Below are positions 51,301-64,000 of a DNA stretch of 64,000 bases, piece after piece. The notes under the pieces were generated by a model that saw only the letters and a program-made list of their open reading frames with translations, ran no database searches and was not told the origin of the DNA. Position 1 is the first letter of the stretch. Every line of letters begins with the position of its first letter. The stretch lies in assembly GCA_012295275.1 (NCBI GenBank), contig CM022679.1:11780001-11844000 (forward strand), in the 5' to 3' direction. The position numbers and the translations under genes are program-made. The DNA comes from Chrysomallon squamiferum (taxonomy: Eukaryota; Animalia; Mollusca).

Positions 51301-54300
51301 GATAATTTAAATAATGAATAAATGTGAAATATTTGTTTTTATGTTGTTGTTTTTTTTAATATTTTGGGATGTAGCACAGAAAAATAGATTATAGATTAAA
51401 TAAAAATTAATAATAAGAATGCTTATTCTGTGAATATTATCAAAGTTCAATTAATACTTTCCATTAACAGATATAAATGAATGTAATGAGAATAATGGTG
51501 GTTGCAGTCAAATGTGTGTAAATACAGTTCCTGGTTACAACTGTCAGTGTAATGAAGGTTATGTTCTTTTCACTGAAAATGGGACCATGAATCAATTCAT
51601 TCCTAGTGGAGAAACAGGACTTAGAGAAGGAGATGTTTACTATATCAACCATACATGTGTTCGTAAGTTTATTTAAATGTTTCATTACTGATTAAATGTT
51701 TGAGAAAATTAATACTGTATATAAGATATTTTCATTGGCTTATATTTTTAATAGTAGATAGCAATGAAACCATATAAAGTGTTAGGCAAATAATTAGACA
51801 GCTGAAAGTTATTTTAAATTATTCTGCCACAAATTAGTAATTATTTTTTATATCTGACTAAAATATCTTATCTAAATTGAAGTCTGTTAGTTAATATTTT
51901 CTTAAATTTTAGCTGTGACTTGTCAGAGGCCTTCTAATCTTACAAATGGAATTATTCACAGTCTCAGGTCTGTATTTTATTTTAATGAGTCTGTTGAGTT
52001 CAGCTGCTCATTAGGCTGGAATCTGAATGGTCCAAGTATTTTGAGATGCCAATCAGATGGAAACTGGAGTGACACTCAACCTGTTTGTCAAGGTAACAGA
52101 ATAATCAGAAAACAATTCTTAATTAAAATGTTATGCTCACAAATCATATATTAACATTAAAAAAAAAAAAATTGTGTCGCTTTGTTTTTTTTTATTATTA
52201 GAGATTTGAAAGGATGAATAGAAGTAGATTTTTAAAAACAATTTTATAAGTTACTGCATTCTTAAAAACAGTTATAGATTTTTATCATTAGCTACTGTTT
52301 TAATGATTGATCATTAACAGAATTTGAAATAATTTAAACATGAATGATAAGTCTTCTGTTGACTTTCTTATGTGTTTCAGCTGTAACCTGTCCCAAATTA
52401 GAAATTAGTGGCACATCAGTTCAGAGAGAACGTGTAAAGAAAATAGTTCCTGACACTGATGTTGGATTTGGTGAAGAAGTCAGTTTGGAATGCATACTGG
52501 AAAATGGATCATTAATAAACAAAACCCTTTATTGTGCATATGATAATCAGACTAAATCATACACACTTCAAGGAGACACTCCTGAGTGTCCAGGTGAACT
52601 GTTAAATAATGTATCCAAAATATTACAATCCTTGCAATGCTCATAGCAGAAAAAATATATTAAAATGTGGAACAATAACATTTACTCCTTCCTCTTAGTA
52701 ATTAATAGTTACATTTTGACAAATTTATTATATCCTTATGATTTGTTACAGGCATATTTTTATATTTTACTAATTGTTATATGTGAACTCGGTATTACAG
52801 AACTGATTTTGAATGGGTTTTAAAGATGTCTTTTGAGGATGTAAAGTAGAATGTTTATTTGGTAATTTTACTGAACATTAATCACAGTGAATTAATATTT
52901 GGTTTATTAACACTTTTTTATAGACATATTTGTAAAAATTAAAATTATGAAAATATAGTTTTGTCTATATATAACTATGAGAATAAAAGATGTTTAATGT
53001 TTTCTTCACTACACTTTTTACATTAGGGCATGATTAAACAAAGTAGAATAGATGAATATTGGTTAGAATAATCAAATCTATTACTTATTAAATTAATTTT
53101 ATTTTTAAACTTATTATAATATTTTATTTGAAAAATAATCTGAAAAAAAAAAAAACTCAATTAAAATCCAGGCAATACAGTTCATTTTGTAAATGCACAT
53201 CTCAGAATTAATTTTAGTTTAAATTATTTTATGAGACCATTTATTATTAGTAGTATTTTTTTAACATGATAAATTTATTATTGTTTCCTTAAACCAAAGT
53301 ATTTAATTATGAAACAATATAAATATAATAAACTGAAATGTTCTTATATTATATCTTCTTTAATGTATATAACTTTTGCAGTTGTTGACTGTGGAGAACC
53401 AGAGAAAATACCAGGAATGAAAATACCCACTGTGTTTAACACAACAGTAAACAGTAGCTTTGCATTTGAATGTATTGAAGGAGCAGCTCTTTCTGGATTC
53501 TCATCAGATGGAAGTAATACAACTGTAACCTGTCTAGCAAATGGCAGATGGAGTTTTGGAAATCTAACATGCAAAGGTAGGAATATTAATAGTGTTACTG
53601 AGTAACTTTTACTATTGCTGTTATTATTGTTATTATTGTTTGTTATTTAAGTATCTCTGTTGATTCTTGTAATCAGAAATGTAATATACTTTACATTTTG
53701 CCTCTCAGTTTTGGTATTAAAAATGTATGGCTGTTTTATGGTTGAAATATGTGATTATGGTAATCTTGTGTAATAGAAGTAACCTAGTTAAATGATGTAA
53801 TTGAATTTGAAGTATAAAAATGTTTTAACTTGAAAGAAATAGAATATTTTGTTATGAAATGATTAAAAACAAAAAAGTAAGCACCAAAATAGTGGAATAT
53901 TGAAACCAGCTTAGAGAAATCTACTTTTTCTGTTTTTAAATAGAGAATAATGACAATCAAATTTGTTTCTAAGATATCAATGAATAATAATTCAATCAAA
54001 ATCAAAATATATGCATGTGATTTTCTTTGAAAACAGTAATTTTTTCTCAGAGATGCCTAGACTATTGGTTATACAGTTAATTGCACACACCAATTTTTTT
54101 TTAATGCTTTGGATACAGCTCATTCAGATGGAAGAAAATTAATATCTTTAACCAGATTGAATATATTTTTCTGTATTTTCTAAAATGTTTAGCATAAAGC
54201 TATGAGAAAAACTTAAACATTAGATGTGACATGTATTTTAATGTTATTTCTTGTTAAATATAAGAACCAAACTTTCTAACATAGTGCACCTAGCTTGGTT

Positions 54301-56174
54301 TTTCACTGAATTACTAAGAGAACAAAAAAGTGTTTTCAGCAAATACACTTCATATAATTTAGAAATTGTGTATGGTACTTGAATGTTTTAACACTGGTAA
54401 GAAATGCTTCATTTTATCAGAGTACTGTGTTATATAATGGGGCAGAGGTTTCATTTAATATAGTTTGAATCCAATTTCTGTTTGAATAAACATCTTGTTT
54501 TCTTTATAATTTTCATTATGAAGCTGGACGATGTCGTGATCCTGGCACACCTGGTGGTGGAATGCAAATAGCTGATAGTTATGAGGGAGGCAGTTTTGTT
54601 TCATATAACTGCACCAGGGCTGGCTATACTCCAGATCCACCTGAACCACTTTTTTGTGTTATTAATTCTGATGGAACTGCTAACTGGAATGGAACCATGC
54701 CAAGATGTAAAGGTACATTTTATGGTTATAATCTACTAACCCTTTTTCGCGTCATAACATTTCTAAACCTAACAAGTTAAAAATTTAAATTGTTCATAAT
54801 TTACAATAAATGCTAATTTGAATTATTTTTTGTTAATTTCTTATAGAAATAATATGGTTCCACTTGTTTCTTTTTTTTTTCCAGATACAACACCACCCCA
54901 ATTTACACACTGTCAAGATACGGTTATAACAATTGACAGCTTGGATGCACCAAACTTTACTGTACCAGTTGCAGTTGACAATTCTGGAATGAATCCTACT
55001 TTGACTGTAAGTCCTCAAAACTTTGATCCACAGAAGCCAGTCAAAAATGCAACCAAAGTAATATACACAGCAACAGATCAAGAAGATAACAGTAGTAACT
55101 GCACAATCACAATTAAATTGAAAAGTAAGTATTAAAACAAGTTTACAAATGGTAAAGAATCATATAATTCTAGCATATGTGACACCTATTTTTTATTTGA
55201 AATAGTAAAATGTCCAACAAAATAACCTAATTTACTAATAATATTTTAACAATTTGCTTTCAGTCTTTATCTAAAACCTTTGCAAAATATCTCTTATTAA
55301 AATTATTATTAGAAACATAATTTTAAAAAAATGACATCTGTTATTCTTCTGTAGAAATGAGTCTAGCTCTATATAATGATTATTTAACATACTGACTTTT
55401 TTTTATCTTGACAGTTATTAGGGTTGAGTTATAATGATTGTTTAGAAAAAAAAGCTACTACTTCCATTCTTTGAATTACTTTTACTGATTAACAGCCAGA
55501 GATTTTTATATGGTTTATACCATCTCATGGATAAAACAAATGATTATGCAATGGCTGGAATAGAGAAGTCATTGGCATATTTAAATAGAAGATTCTTGAC
55601 TATAACTTCTCAAAAATAATATAATTTAATGTATTTCCTAAACAGGGTATTATATTTAAATTTTGTTTTCTTTCTTATATTTTTTATTTTTTGCTGTAGG
55701 TCGAATACCTCCAGAACTTGAATGTCCAGACTTCTTAAAACTGAACATCACTGATAAACAGTCAAAGGAAGTAAATCTTACTGAATTCATTCAGCATAAT
55801 AATTCATTACATGATGTTCCAACAATCACAGTTAACTTTTCTACTTATGGACAAATAAAAAATGTTCATTTGTATACCAGTAATGACATGGGAATGAACA
55901 GTGCATGTGCTTTTCAAGTTGAAATAGCCTGTAAGCTGATTTATAGTTATATAGATCACTAATAACATTTTCATATTTCTATGTAGACATATCCACAAAT
56001 GAAATTTAATGTTTGTTTTAAATATCATCTTTGCAACTAATAATATTTAATGTTTTCAGAGACTTATTACAAATAAATTATAAACTAAACTAGATTGAAT
56101 CAAGAAGTCCTGTCAATAAATTACAGTTCTAAATCTCATAATTTAGTGAGGTCTCAGAATCTTAAAGAATATAA

Positions 56175-56220
<46 letters not shown>

Positions 56221-59200
56221 TAAGATAATTGTTTTTAAAAAAAAATACAAAAGTAATAAAAAAAAAAAATGTCAGAAATTGTTCTTTAGTTTATTAATTA
56301 TTAATAATTGCATACAAGAATAGACATACATTTTCTCATTATATACTCTGTAAAACTTAAAAGGGCTTGCTATGATTAGTTCTTGTCTGTAACAGCTGCA
56401 AGAAACAAGTTTATATTTAAAAACATTTCAGACATTTTAATAATTATGATGAGGAAGAAATAAAATTAAGAAAAGAAACACATTGTTTCATGAATACTAA
56501 ATAAATGGATTGATTTGCTAATAAATTAATAATGTTAACAGTTAATAATATCTTTTTCTTTCAGCAAAAAAATGTTTTTCAGAAATTCAGAACAGCCTTT
56601 CCAATGCTGATGTAAACCATACATATAATGATGATGGCACTGTCAACAGCACAATAGTAACATGCAAAGAAGGATACTCATTCATTTCTGGAAGTCAGTC
56701 AATGACATATAAGTGTGAAGGAGAGAATATATGGACACCACCTTTGCCTCTAAGTGACTGTTTTGGTCAGTTTTTACTAATATAAAAAATCTGAAACAAT
56801 TATTGTTTTCTAGGTTCCAATTATTTTAGAATTTATACTGAACTTCATTTTAAATATACATAAATGCATTAATCTGTGACTAATTAGTGTACAATATTAA
56901 ACATAAAATTACTACTTCATTTATTTCTAAATTAAGTTCTTTAAGGAATAAAGCAACTGGTAGGTTATTTACATTTAAATGTCATTGTTCTGCGAAATCT
57001 CTGTCTTTATAATTTGAAAGTAATTCTATAAATAAGATGGTTAATTGTTTAACTCCAAAGCATGTAAATCTGAAACCTTGAATTTCATTTTACCAGACAG
57101 GTCATCATACTTAGCTTCTACTATGTTTAATGTGAAATTATGAATTTATACATGACTCTGTCAATTATATAAAAGTTTCAGTAGTATACTGTCATAAATA
57201 TCTGTATTATTCAGTTTTCATTAGTGTAGATCAAACAAATGAAGCTAATGTTCATGAGGATTAATGGATTGGTAACAACTCTTTCAGAGATAAATGTAAG
57301 AAACCAAACAAAAAAAAAAAAAAATAATAATAAAAATGAACAAGGACAGAATTTTTTAAAATATGTTTTTAGACTTTTTGTTTCTGACAGTTCCATTTTT
57401 AAAGATTTACCTAAATTATTTAAAACAATATGGAATGTGAACAAAAAAAATTGGGCATCTGAGTTTGTTTCTCAGATTTGTTATCAAATTTATAAAAGTA
57501 TGACATTGACCATTTTGAATAATGAAGTAAATTTTAGAAATTAAATAATTTTTGATCTTATACTATTTAATTTCACTGCTTTTCTGTATTAAATGAATCT
57601 ATTAACAGTAGAATTATAATCATCTTGATAAATTGCTTTTCATAAAATGTGTTTAATATGAACAAAAACTTTGTTTGGATACTGTTAACAAATTTTAAAA
57701 AAAAAAATTTGAGTTCAATTAAAGTTAGAAAAAGATTTGTTGCCTGTATTAATTCAGATTTAGAATTAAGTTTTATAATTTTTATTTATTTATTTATTTA
57801 TTTTTTTCCAGTTTCACAGAAACCTGGTTTTACATTTTGGATTAATGTGAATTACATTTTGAAAGCTGGTGTTTTGAATGAAACCTGCGAAAAAGAACAT
57901 ACAAATTTTGTGAAGGCCAAAGTTGCATCTGACATTACACTATCAGATTTGTGTCAAGTAGCTTTCAATATATCATCTATCAAGTCAAAAATGTCAGTTT
58001 TTACGGTAAAATATTAATTATTAATATTTCTCCTAGGATACATAATTAGCAAATGAAACAAATACTCCAAGTTTTCATGGTTATGAGATAAAGAGTCAAT
58101 ACATGCAATTTACTTATAAAAGAGATTGAATAATGTGTCAGCGATACTCTGAAAGTGACAGCATCAGTGATTAAAAAAAAAAATGGAAAGAAGTGGGTGT
58201 ATTCATTTAATATTATTGTAAGCTTAATGCAAGTAACAATTAAAAATAATCAGAAAGTACAAACAATGCAAAAAAAGTTCACTCTTACAAAGCAGCATTT
58301 ATGGATATGCTAAAACTGATCAGAAGATTCTTTTTAAATAAAAAAATGAATTTTTAAAAATAAATCTTTTAAACTTTTACTATTATAACCAATCATCATC
58401 TTATAAATTTTATACACTTTAAGATTTTTTTAACTAACCAACAATTAGAAGTGTATATATATATATATTAATATATATATTTGACATATTTTAAGAATGA
58501 GAAAGTGAGGTAATAGGCTTAGCAAATAATTTATTTACTGCAAATAACCATCTTTAGACCACATGAAATAACAGTGACAAAGAATTTCTTTGATGTAAAA
58601 TTTATTGGGCATCATGTTAATCTGATTTAGACCCATTCTTGCTTTTTTTGTAATGTAAATTAAAAACAGAATGTGCAGTGCTAAGACCTTTTAATTCTTA
58701 TATAATATATATATATATATAACATTTATTGTGTATGACAAATTTTGTATTAATAAATAATGATTTTTTTACTCAAGAGATTGTGGAAATCTTCCTTTTT
58801 TTGGTTAAAAAATGTTCATGAATTATTTTCAGATTTCATCTAACATAACCCTGGAAGTTTTAAATTTTGGAGGAAACCTTAACAACATGGAAACCTGTGC
58901 TAATAGCATTAATAAGCGTTTAAATGTCTTTGCTTATAATGAAAGCACAGCTTGTGGACCAATTTCTCAAGATGGAGGTACTGGTGTACTAAATAAATCT
59001 CCATCATGTCTTTCTGGCTATAGACTTGTAAATACAAGTGGAAATCTTCAATGCTGTAAGATTTTATTTTATTATAAGTCAAATTCTTTCACTGCTTACT
59101 TTTATGCTGATTTAATTGTTTTAGATTATGAAGGTTGTAACAACAAAAAAGCTCTGTGTTTGTTTTCCCAGTGGTGATCTGCCTGCCACAAGCTTTCATG

Positions 59201-62200
59201 ATGTTATTCTCTATTGTCTGCAATATTCAGCATTTACATATCAAATACCTCAGCTTTTCTTTTTAAAACAATGTAATAATACATTTGAGATGTTATAAAA
59301 TGTAGTTAATCAGTATCTTTAAACAAATATTAATATTTTATTTCTATGACAATATAAAATAATAAAAGGATAAATTTTTGTTATTTCAATTTAATATTAA
59401 AATTTTGCTTTTATTTTACAGTTAGCTTATGATAACCTAACAAAAATATACATTAACTGAGTATAAGTTTATAAATATATTTGTTCTCCATAGTTCCTTG
59501 TTTGCCAGGAACATATTTCAGCAATGGTGAATGTATTGATTGTCCTGATGGACAGTATCAAAATGAAGAAGGGCAGACATCATGCAAAGATTGTCCAAAC
59601 AACATGGCATCACGTACACCACGAATAAGTCTTGATCAGTGCATCAGTAAGTAGAATATTAAAACAATATGTTTTTAAAATTCTTTTTCTTTCCTTATTT
59701 TCAACTTGTTAAATTAAATGTATCTTGTGATAGTTTTAAGTTTTTTCCACATTAATGTTCTGAAAAAGTATATTGTAGTAAGTACATAAATTCAGCCCTA
59801 ATTTCAAGCATATTAAAGTATTTACAGTAAATTTATATTTGTCCTTGTTTAATTTTTTTAAAGTTACTAATTTGTATAAAAGTTTAAGTAGACCCCTATC
59901 AGAGTTTCTGTGGTTGCTTCAGTTTGATACTAAGGTAGCACACATTTATATTTTGTTTTTGATTTTACTGTTAATATAATTTATATATTCTACAAACAGT
60001 TTAATTTTTTGATAACTGAAGTACATATTCTGATTTTCAGAATGATGTTGATAGTGTTAAAAAAGACATTTTAATGTTTAATCTTGATATTAGTCATGTG
60101 GTTAAACAGTATTTACATTGTTGTTAGGCTGGCAAGTCAAACAAATTATTCACTTCATTGGAAAATAATTTTTCGGAGGTGTTCACTGAAACATCCAAAG
60201 GTAATCAGAATCATATATAAAAGAATACACAATCAGCTATTATTTGGCAGATATATAAAAACTTTGAAGCAAATAGCTTAAGAAACTGGCTTTTATTGTT
60301 ATTGTTGTTATTATTATTATTATAAACATTTTAATTTTATTGTATAGCAAAGTGCAGTGATGGTTTCTATTCTGATAATGGCTTACCCCCATGTAAAGCT
60401 TGTCCGTTTGATACTTACTGGAAAAATTCAACATACTGTGAGAACTGCCCTAATGAGGGATCAACACTGAACATAGCAGGAGCACAGAATATTACATTCT
60501 GTAAAGGTAGGTGATGTTTTTATATAATCTAATATTAGCACTAAGATTTACTTTTTGTTTTTTTCATGAAATTTGCTTCATTAAAATCAGAAGAAAACAA
60601 ATAGAAATAATTTTGACTAAAATCATAAACTCAAATTTGAGTTATATTATGATATTTTAATTTTAAATCCTGATTATCCAGTGGTCCTGTGACAATCACA
60701 TTAATTAATCAAGCAATATCATAAACTAAACTTGGAAAAAGATATTTGAAATTGAAAAATTCCCATTTGAATACTATCCATGCAATAGTAAAAGTATTTT
60801 GAAAAGGAATCTAATTATTTTTATATAATTTTCAGATTGATATATTTTTATATATAATAACTATATGCAAACATTTAAATCATGCTCCATTGTAACATGA
60901 CTTGAAGAAAAAGATAAATTTAAAATATATATTAATTACATAAAGTTAAAAAAGAAAGAAAGAAAGAAGTAAAAACAACAACAAAAAACGAAGGTATTTT
61001 TCATTGGGATAAGATAATAACGTTATAACATTATAAAATATTTCCTTCTTTTCAAAAAAAGAAAGAAAATATGGATACAAATATTGGGAAAAATACTATG
61101 AATTTAAAATATTTTTTTAATTGCGCTTCCACATCTCTAGATATTATTTATTTTCAGCTTATCACAATGTTTCTAGGATATAACATTTTAGATTCTGACA
61201 ACCATTTTTGCCAATACTGTATTATTATTTAAAATTCTAAATTATGCATAATTGAATGATCTAATAAATATATTGTTTTCTGTCAGTTTTGTTATATAAT
61301 GTAACAGGACTCATCAGTTAGGCATAGTAAGCCATTACTTTGATTTGATCTTGCAGACATATCAAGACTTTCAAGATAAAACACTTTTTTAATTAGTATT
61401 AAAGACAGGGCTTGCTATATCATTGTTGAAATAGTAACTAAATTTTTTTCAATTTATGAATAGATTTAATGTAATGCAATTAAATATTACTGTTAATATG
61501 TTTAAAATCAAATGTTGTGGAATATCATTCATAAATAAATATAATCTATTTTGTTTCAGAAATAAGAAATTGAAGGTAATTTTGTGGGGAAAAAAGAAGA
61601 AAAATGTAACTCTTATAATACAAATTCAAAAATTGTTTAATATACCATAAATACTTATTATTTACATTTAAAAAATAAAATAAAATGGACAGTAAAGACC
61701 AAAAGTACTGAATCTTTTTTGTTCAGATGCTTGCAGTCCTGGAAGTTATTCAGTTACTGGCTATGAACCTTGCAGCAAATGCCCAAAGAATTTCTATGCT
61801 ATTTCTGTAAGTGAGGCAAAGCAGAAATCATGCAATGAATGCCCATCAGAAACATACACTGTAAATGAAGGAAATCTGAATGTCTTAGCTTGTATTAATA
61901 GTGAGTGCATTTTTGTTTTGTGTGATCGAAAATCTTCATGCAGCAGTCTTATAAATATTAACTTATATGATGAAAATCGGAGGCATTTTTCTTTTTCTTT
62001 TTTGCATTTTTGTTATTACAATACCTTTTATATGGTTGTTGCATTTTTTTAGTGATTATATAAAGATAGTGAATTTGTTTTATCGGCAATAGTCCATTAT
62101 TTATACCTTTTACATCTACCAGCTAGTTAGTTAGGGATCTGCTTATTAAAAGAGCTGTATTTGGTTGTAACATTAAGTCATTGTGAATGCAAGAAAAACC

Positions 62201-63264
62201 CAATATGAATGTTTTCATACCAAGATGAATGTTTCCTGAATGTGGAAGAGCAGTAGTGAGATCAGTGTTTACCCTTTTACTGCATAGATTACTTACTGAT
62301 CACAAAATACTGTCCAGTAAAGATAAAGAAGTGTATTTTGAATTTTGTTATTATTATTTGTCTTTTAATTTTCAGATACAAATCTGTGTACAAATTGCAG
62401 TGGACATGGCTCTTGTCAGATGGTAAATCATGAACCTTTTTGCACATGTGATACAGGTAATGTGATGGTGTATTATAATAAGTAAACAGTGTTTAATTAA
62501 ATAAAACTTTAGCCATACGTTAAATATATTTGATCTAATAAATTGTTCTATTAAATTATTATTGTATTTTCTCTTCAGGCTTTACTGGTCCTAATTGCAA
62601 TCAAACCATTGATTTCTGTTCATCTAATCCATGTGAAAATGGTGGAATATGCAAATCAAATACAGATGGCTTAACTTGCAGTTGTCCATCAGGTAAACAA
62701 TGTTGTTTTCTCAGAACAAATAAACACACTCCTACACAGACATGCACACAAACACACAGAGCATATATTTAGTATATTTTAACATACTTTTTGTTTCTCT
62801 TAATTCTTTCTTTTTTTATAATTCAAGTTCACCATTTGTTTTCCACATCAATTTTATAGTTATGTTATTTACTGCATATTCATTTTGAGTTTATTCATTA
62901 ATTTACATTCTTATGATTATTTTTTTATTTCCTGTAATTTGATTTAAATATAACTGTCTTTCATTGTATCAAAAGATTAATATGAAATGTAACTGTAAAA
63001 TTAAAACTTTTTTTCTAGCAACAAAATGTGTTGTTGTTCCACTGAATGGAAATTTTACTGCTTCGGAAGATAAACTACAGACGATATATCCTTTAAATGA
63101 TATTGAAACTTGCAAAAAAAATTGTGTACAAAGAAGTGACTGTAAAGTAGCTGCTTTTCAGGGGCAGCGTCAATTGTGTTTGTTATTCAATAAAATTCCA
63201 CCAATTCAAACATCTGGACATGAAATATATGACTGGCTTCAAAAACAATGTACCACAGAATTGT
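36903..63264 (+). CDS. uif: Uninflatable-like giant multidomain cell-surface protein (CTL, LDLa, 3 CUB, Sushi, Ca-EGF, HYR, GCC2/3 ephrin-receptor-like, EGF, PAN); 3'-partial, ~1810 aa in window
   Basis: 33 phase-consistent exons: 36903-36956, 40206-40275, 40854-40935, 41075-41184, 42815-42970, 43551-43646, 43837-43958, 44290-44494, 45125-45276, 45787-45985, 46308-46486, 46724-46892, 47499-47690, 47976-48155, 48742-48924, 49246-49425, 50651-50776, 51471-51662, 51913-52092, 52381-52593, 53382-53576, 54524-54712, 54885-55124, 55700-55930, 56565-56765, 57812-58005, 58833-59055, 59494-59646, 60348-60506, 61727-61900, 62376-62456, 62579-62692, 63019-63264. The CTL-LDLa-CUBx3 start and motifs such as [14 protein letters not shown] and [20 protein letters not shown] resemble Drosophila Uninflatable. 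Orthology versus paralogy not tested; exon 1 is the least certain. Confidence 0.88.
40308..40400. repeat. Compound (TAA)n-(GAA)n-poly(A) microsatellite
   Basis: Direct inspection. Confidence 0.95.
40854..43646 (+). CDS. uif-like: C-type lectin and LDLa exons
   Basis: [13 protein letters not shown]...EEAEKTC; FWNGLK; WDNNQPP...CVSV...[15 protein letters not shown]; [28 protein letters not shown]. Confidence 0.9.
42328..42368. repeat. (TA)n microsatellite
   Basis: Direct inspection. Confidence 0.95.
43837..46892 (+). CDS. uif-like: three CUB domains (6 exons)
   Basis: [22 protein letters not shown]; [18 protein letters not shown]; LTSPFYP; [22 protein letters not shown]; [21 protein letters not shown]. 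Confidence 0.9.
47499..56765 (+). CDS. uif-like: Sushi x4, Ca-EGF x2, Sushi x4, HYR x2, Sushi-like (symmetric phase 1-1 exons)
   Basis: CCP C..C..W..C patterns (e.g. [29 protein letters not shown]); DKDECSN and DINECNE Ca-EGF starts; [10 protein letters not shown]...[22 protein letters not shown]. Confidence 0.9.
59494..63264 (+). CDS. uif-like: three GCC2/3 (ephrin-receptor-like) repeats, EGF repeats and a PAN/Apple exon
   Basis: [29 protein letters not shown]; [18 protein letters not shown]; [18 protein letters not shown]; [13 protein letters not shown]; [19 protein letters not shown]...CLLF. Confidence 0.88.
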
Positions 63265-64000
63265 GTAAGTTATTTACATTATTGAAATGATATTTATCTG
63301 TTTAAATAGCAGATTATCTGCATAAAATATTTTGCTAAGAAATATATAATTGCTTAAATGCTAATCATTATGTTAAAAAATTACTTGCATTTATCTTTGC
63401 AATAATAAAGTTTTCTGGATGTTCTTGTAGTGTATCTGTTATTTAGTGTTCTTTGACTTTCACAAAATTGTTTAAATGTTTGTTAATGCAGAAGAAAATA
63501 GCTGTGTTGGGATTTTACAGCATGAAGGTTACTGCCAAATATTATTATTACCTTGGATTTAAGCAGTTTTTACAAATTAATCATATTTAATAATTTCACT
63601 TTTGTAAATATTCATTTCTTGCAAATGTTTGGATTGACAAAAATTCTATAGTGACTGATAATTGTTGAATATTATTTCTACATTATTTCAGCTAAAATAG
63701 GTACTTTTATTTAAATAATAACATTATGAAGTCAAAATAGAAAAGAAATAAAAATCATCATTTTCAGCTGTTGAAAATTTAAAAGAGTTGATAGGTAGTT
63801 GTAACATGGTATTATAATAATGGAGGTACAACATTCATATAAAATTAATTATCTTGAATTATGCATATAAATTAACAGGAAATAACTGAAATATCAAGTT
63901 TGGTTTTTATTTGAAAGAAATATTAATTAATTCTATGACACACATACATACATACACATGCATTTGGAATTACAGAAATTGATGAAAAAATGTATACCAT

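Overview
AT-rich, intron-rich, microsatellite-rich animal DNA, most likely a mollusc (inferred from gene content and repeat types). All recognisable genes are on the + strand. (1) Peroxisomal carrier SLC25A17/PMP34, 9 coding exons, 6471-12516, with an apparent 1-nt deletion in exon 5 and a Tigger/pogo transposon remnant in intron 3. (2) An ependymin-related protein, 6 exons, 14537-17504. (3) A claudin/PMP22-like tetraspan protein with a long Tyr-rich tail, 4 exons, 22955-31456. (4) An orphan, disrupted first exon of a renalase-like FAD oxidoreductase, 33579-33695, missed by the ORF track. (5) The 5' ~1810 codons (33 exons, 36903 to >63264) of an uninflatable-like giant cell-surface protein (CTL-LDLa-3xCUB-Sushi-EGF-HYR-GCC-EGF-PAN) that continues past the window end. 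Most ORFs in the supplied track are artefacts of microsatellites or exon/intron read-through. Main leads: possible capture of the dead renalase exon as an alternative first exon of the uninflatable-like gene, a PAN exon splitting an EGF module, the SLC25A17 frameshift and its stop-start uORF, a probable GC-AG intron, and a mosaic CpG-depletion footprint. All exon boundaries were read by hand and none of this is confirmed by expression data or database searches.
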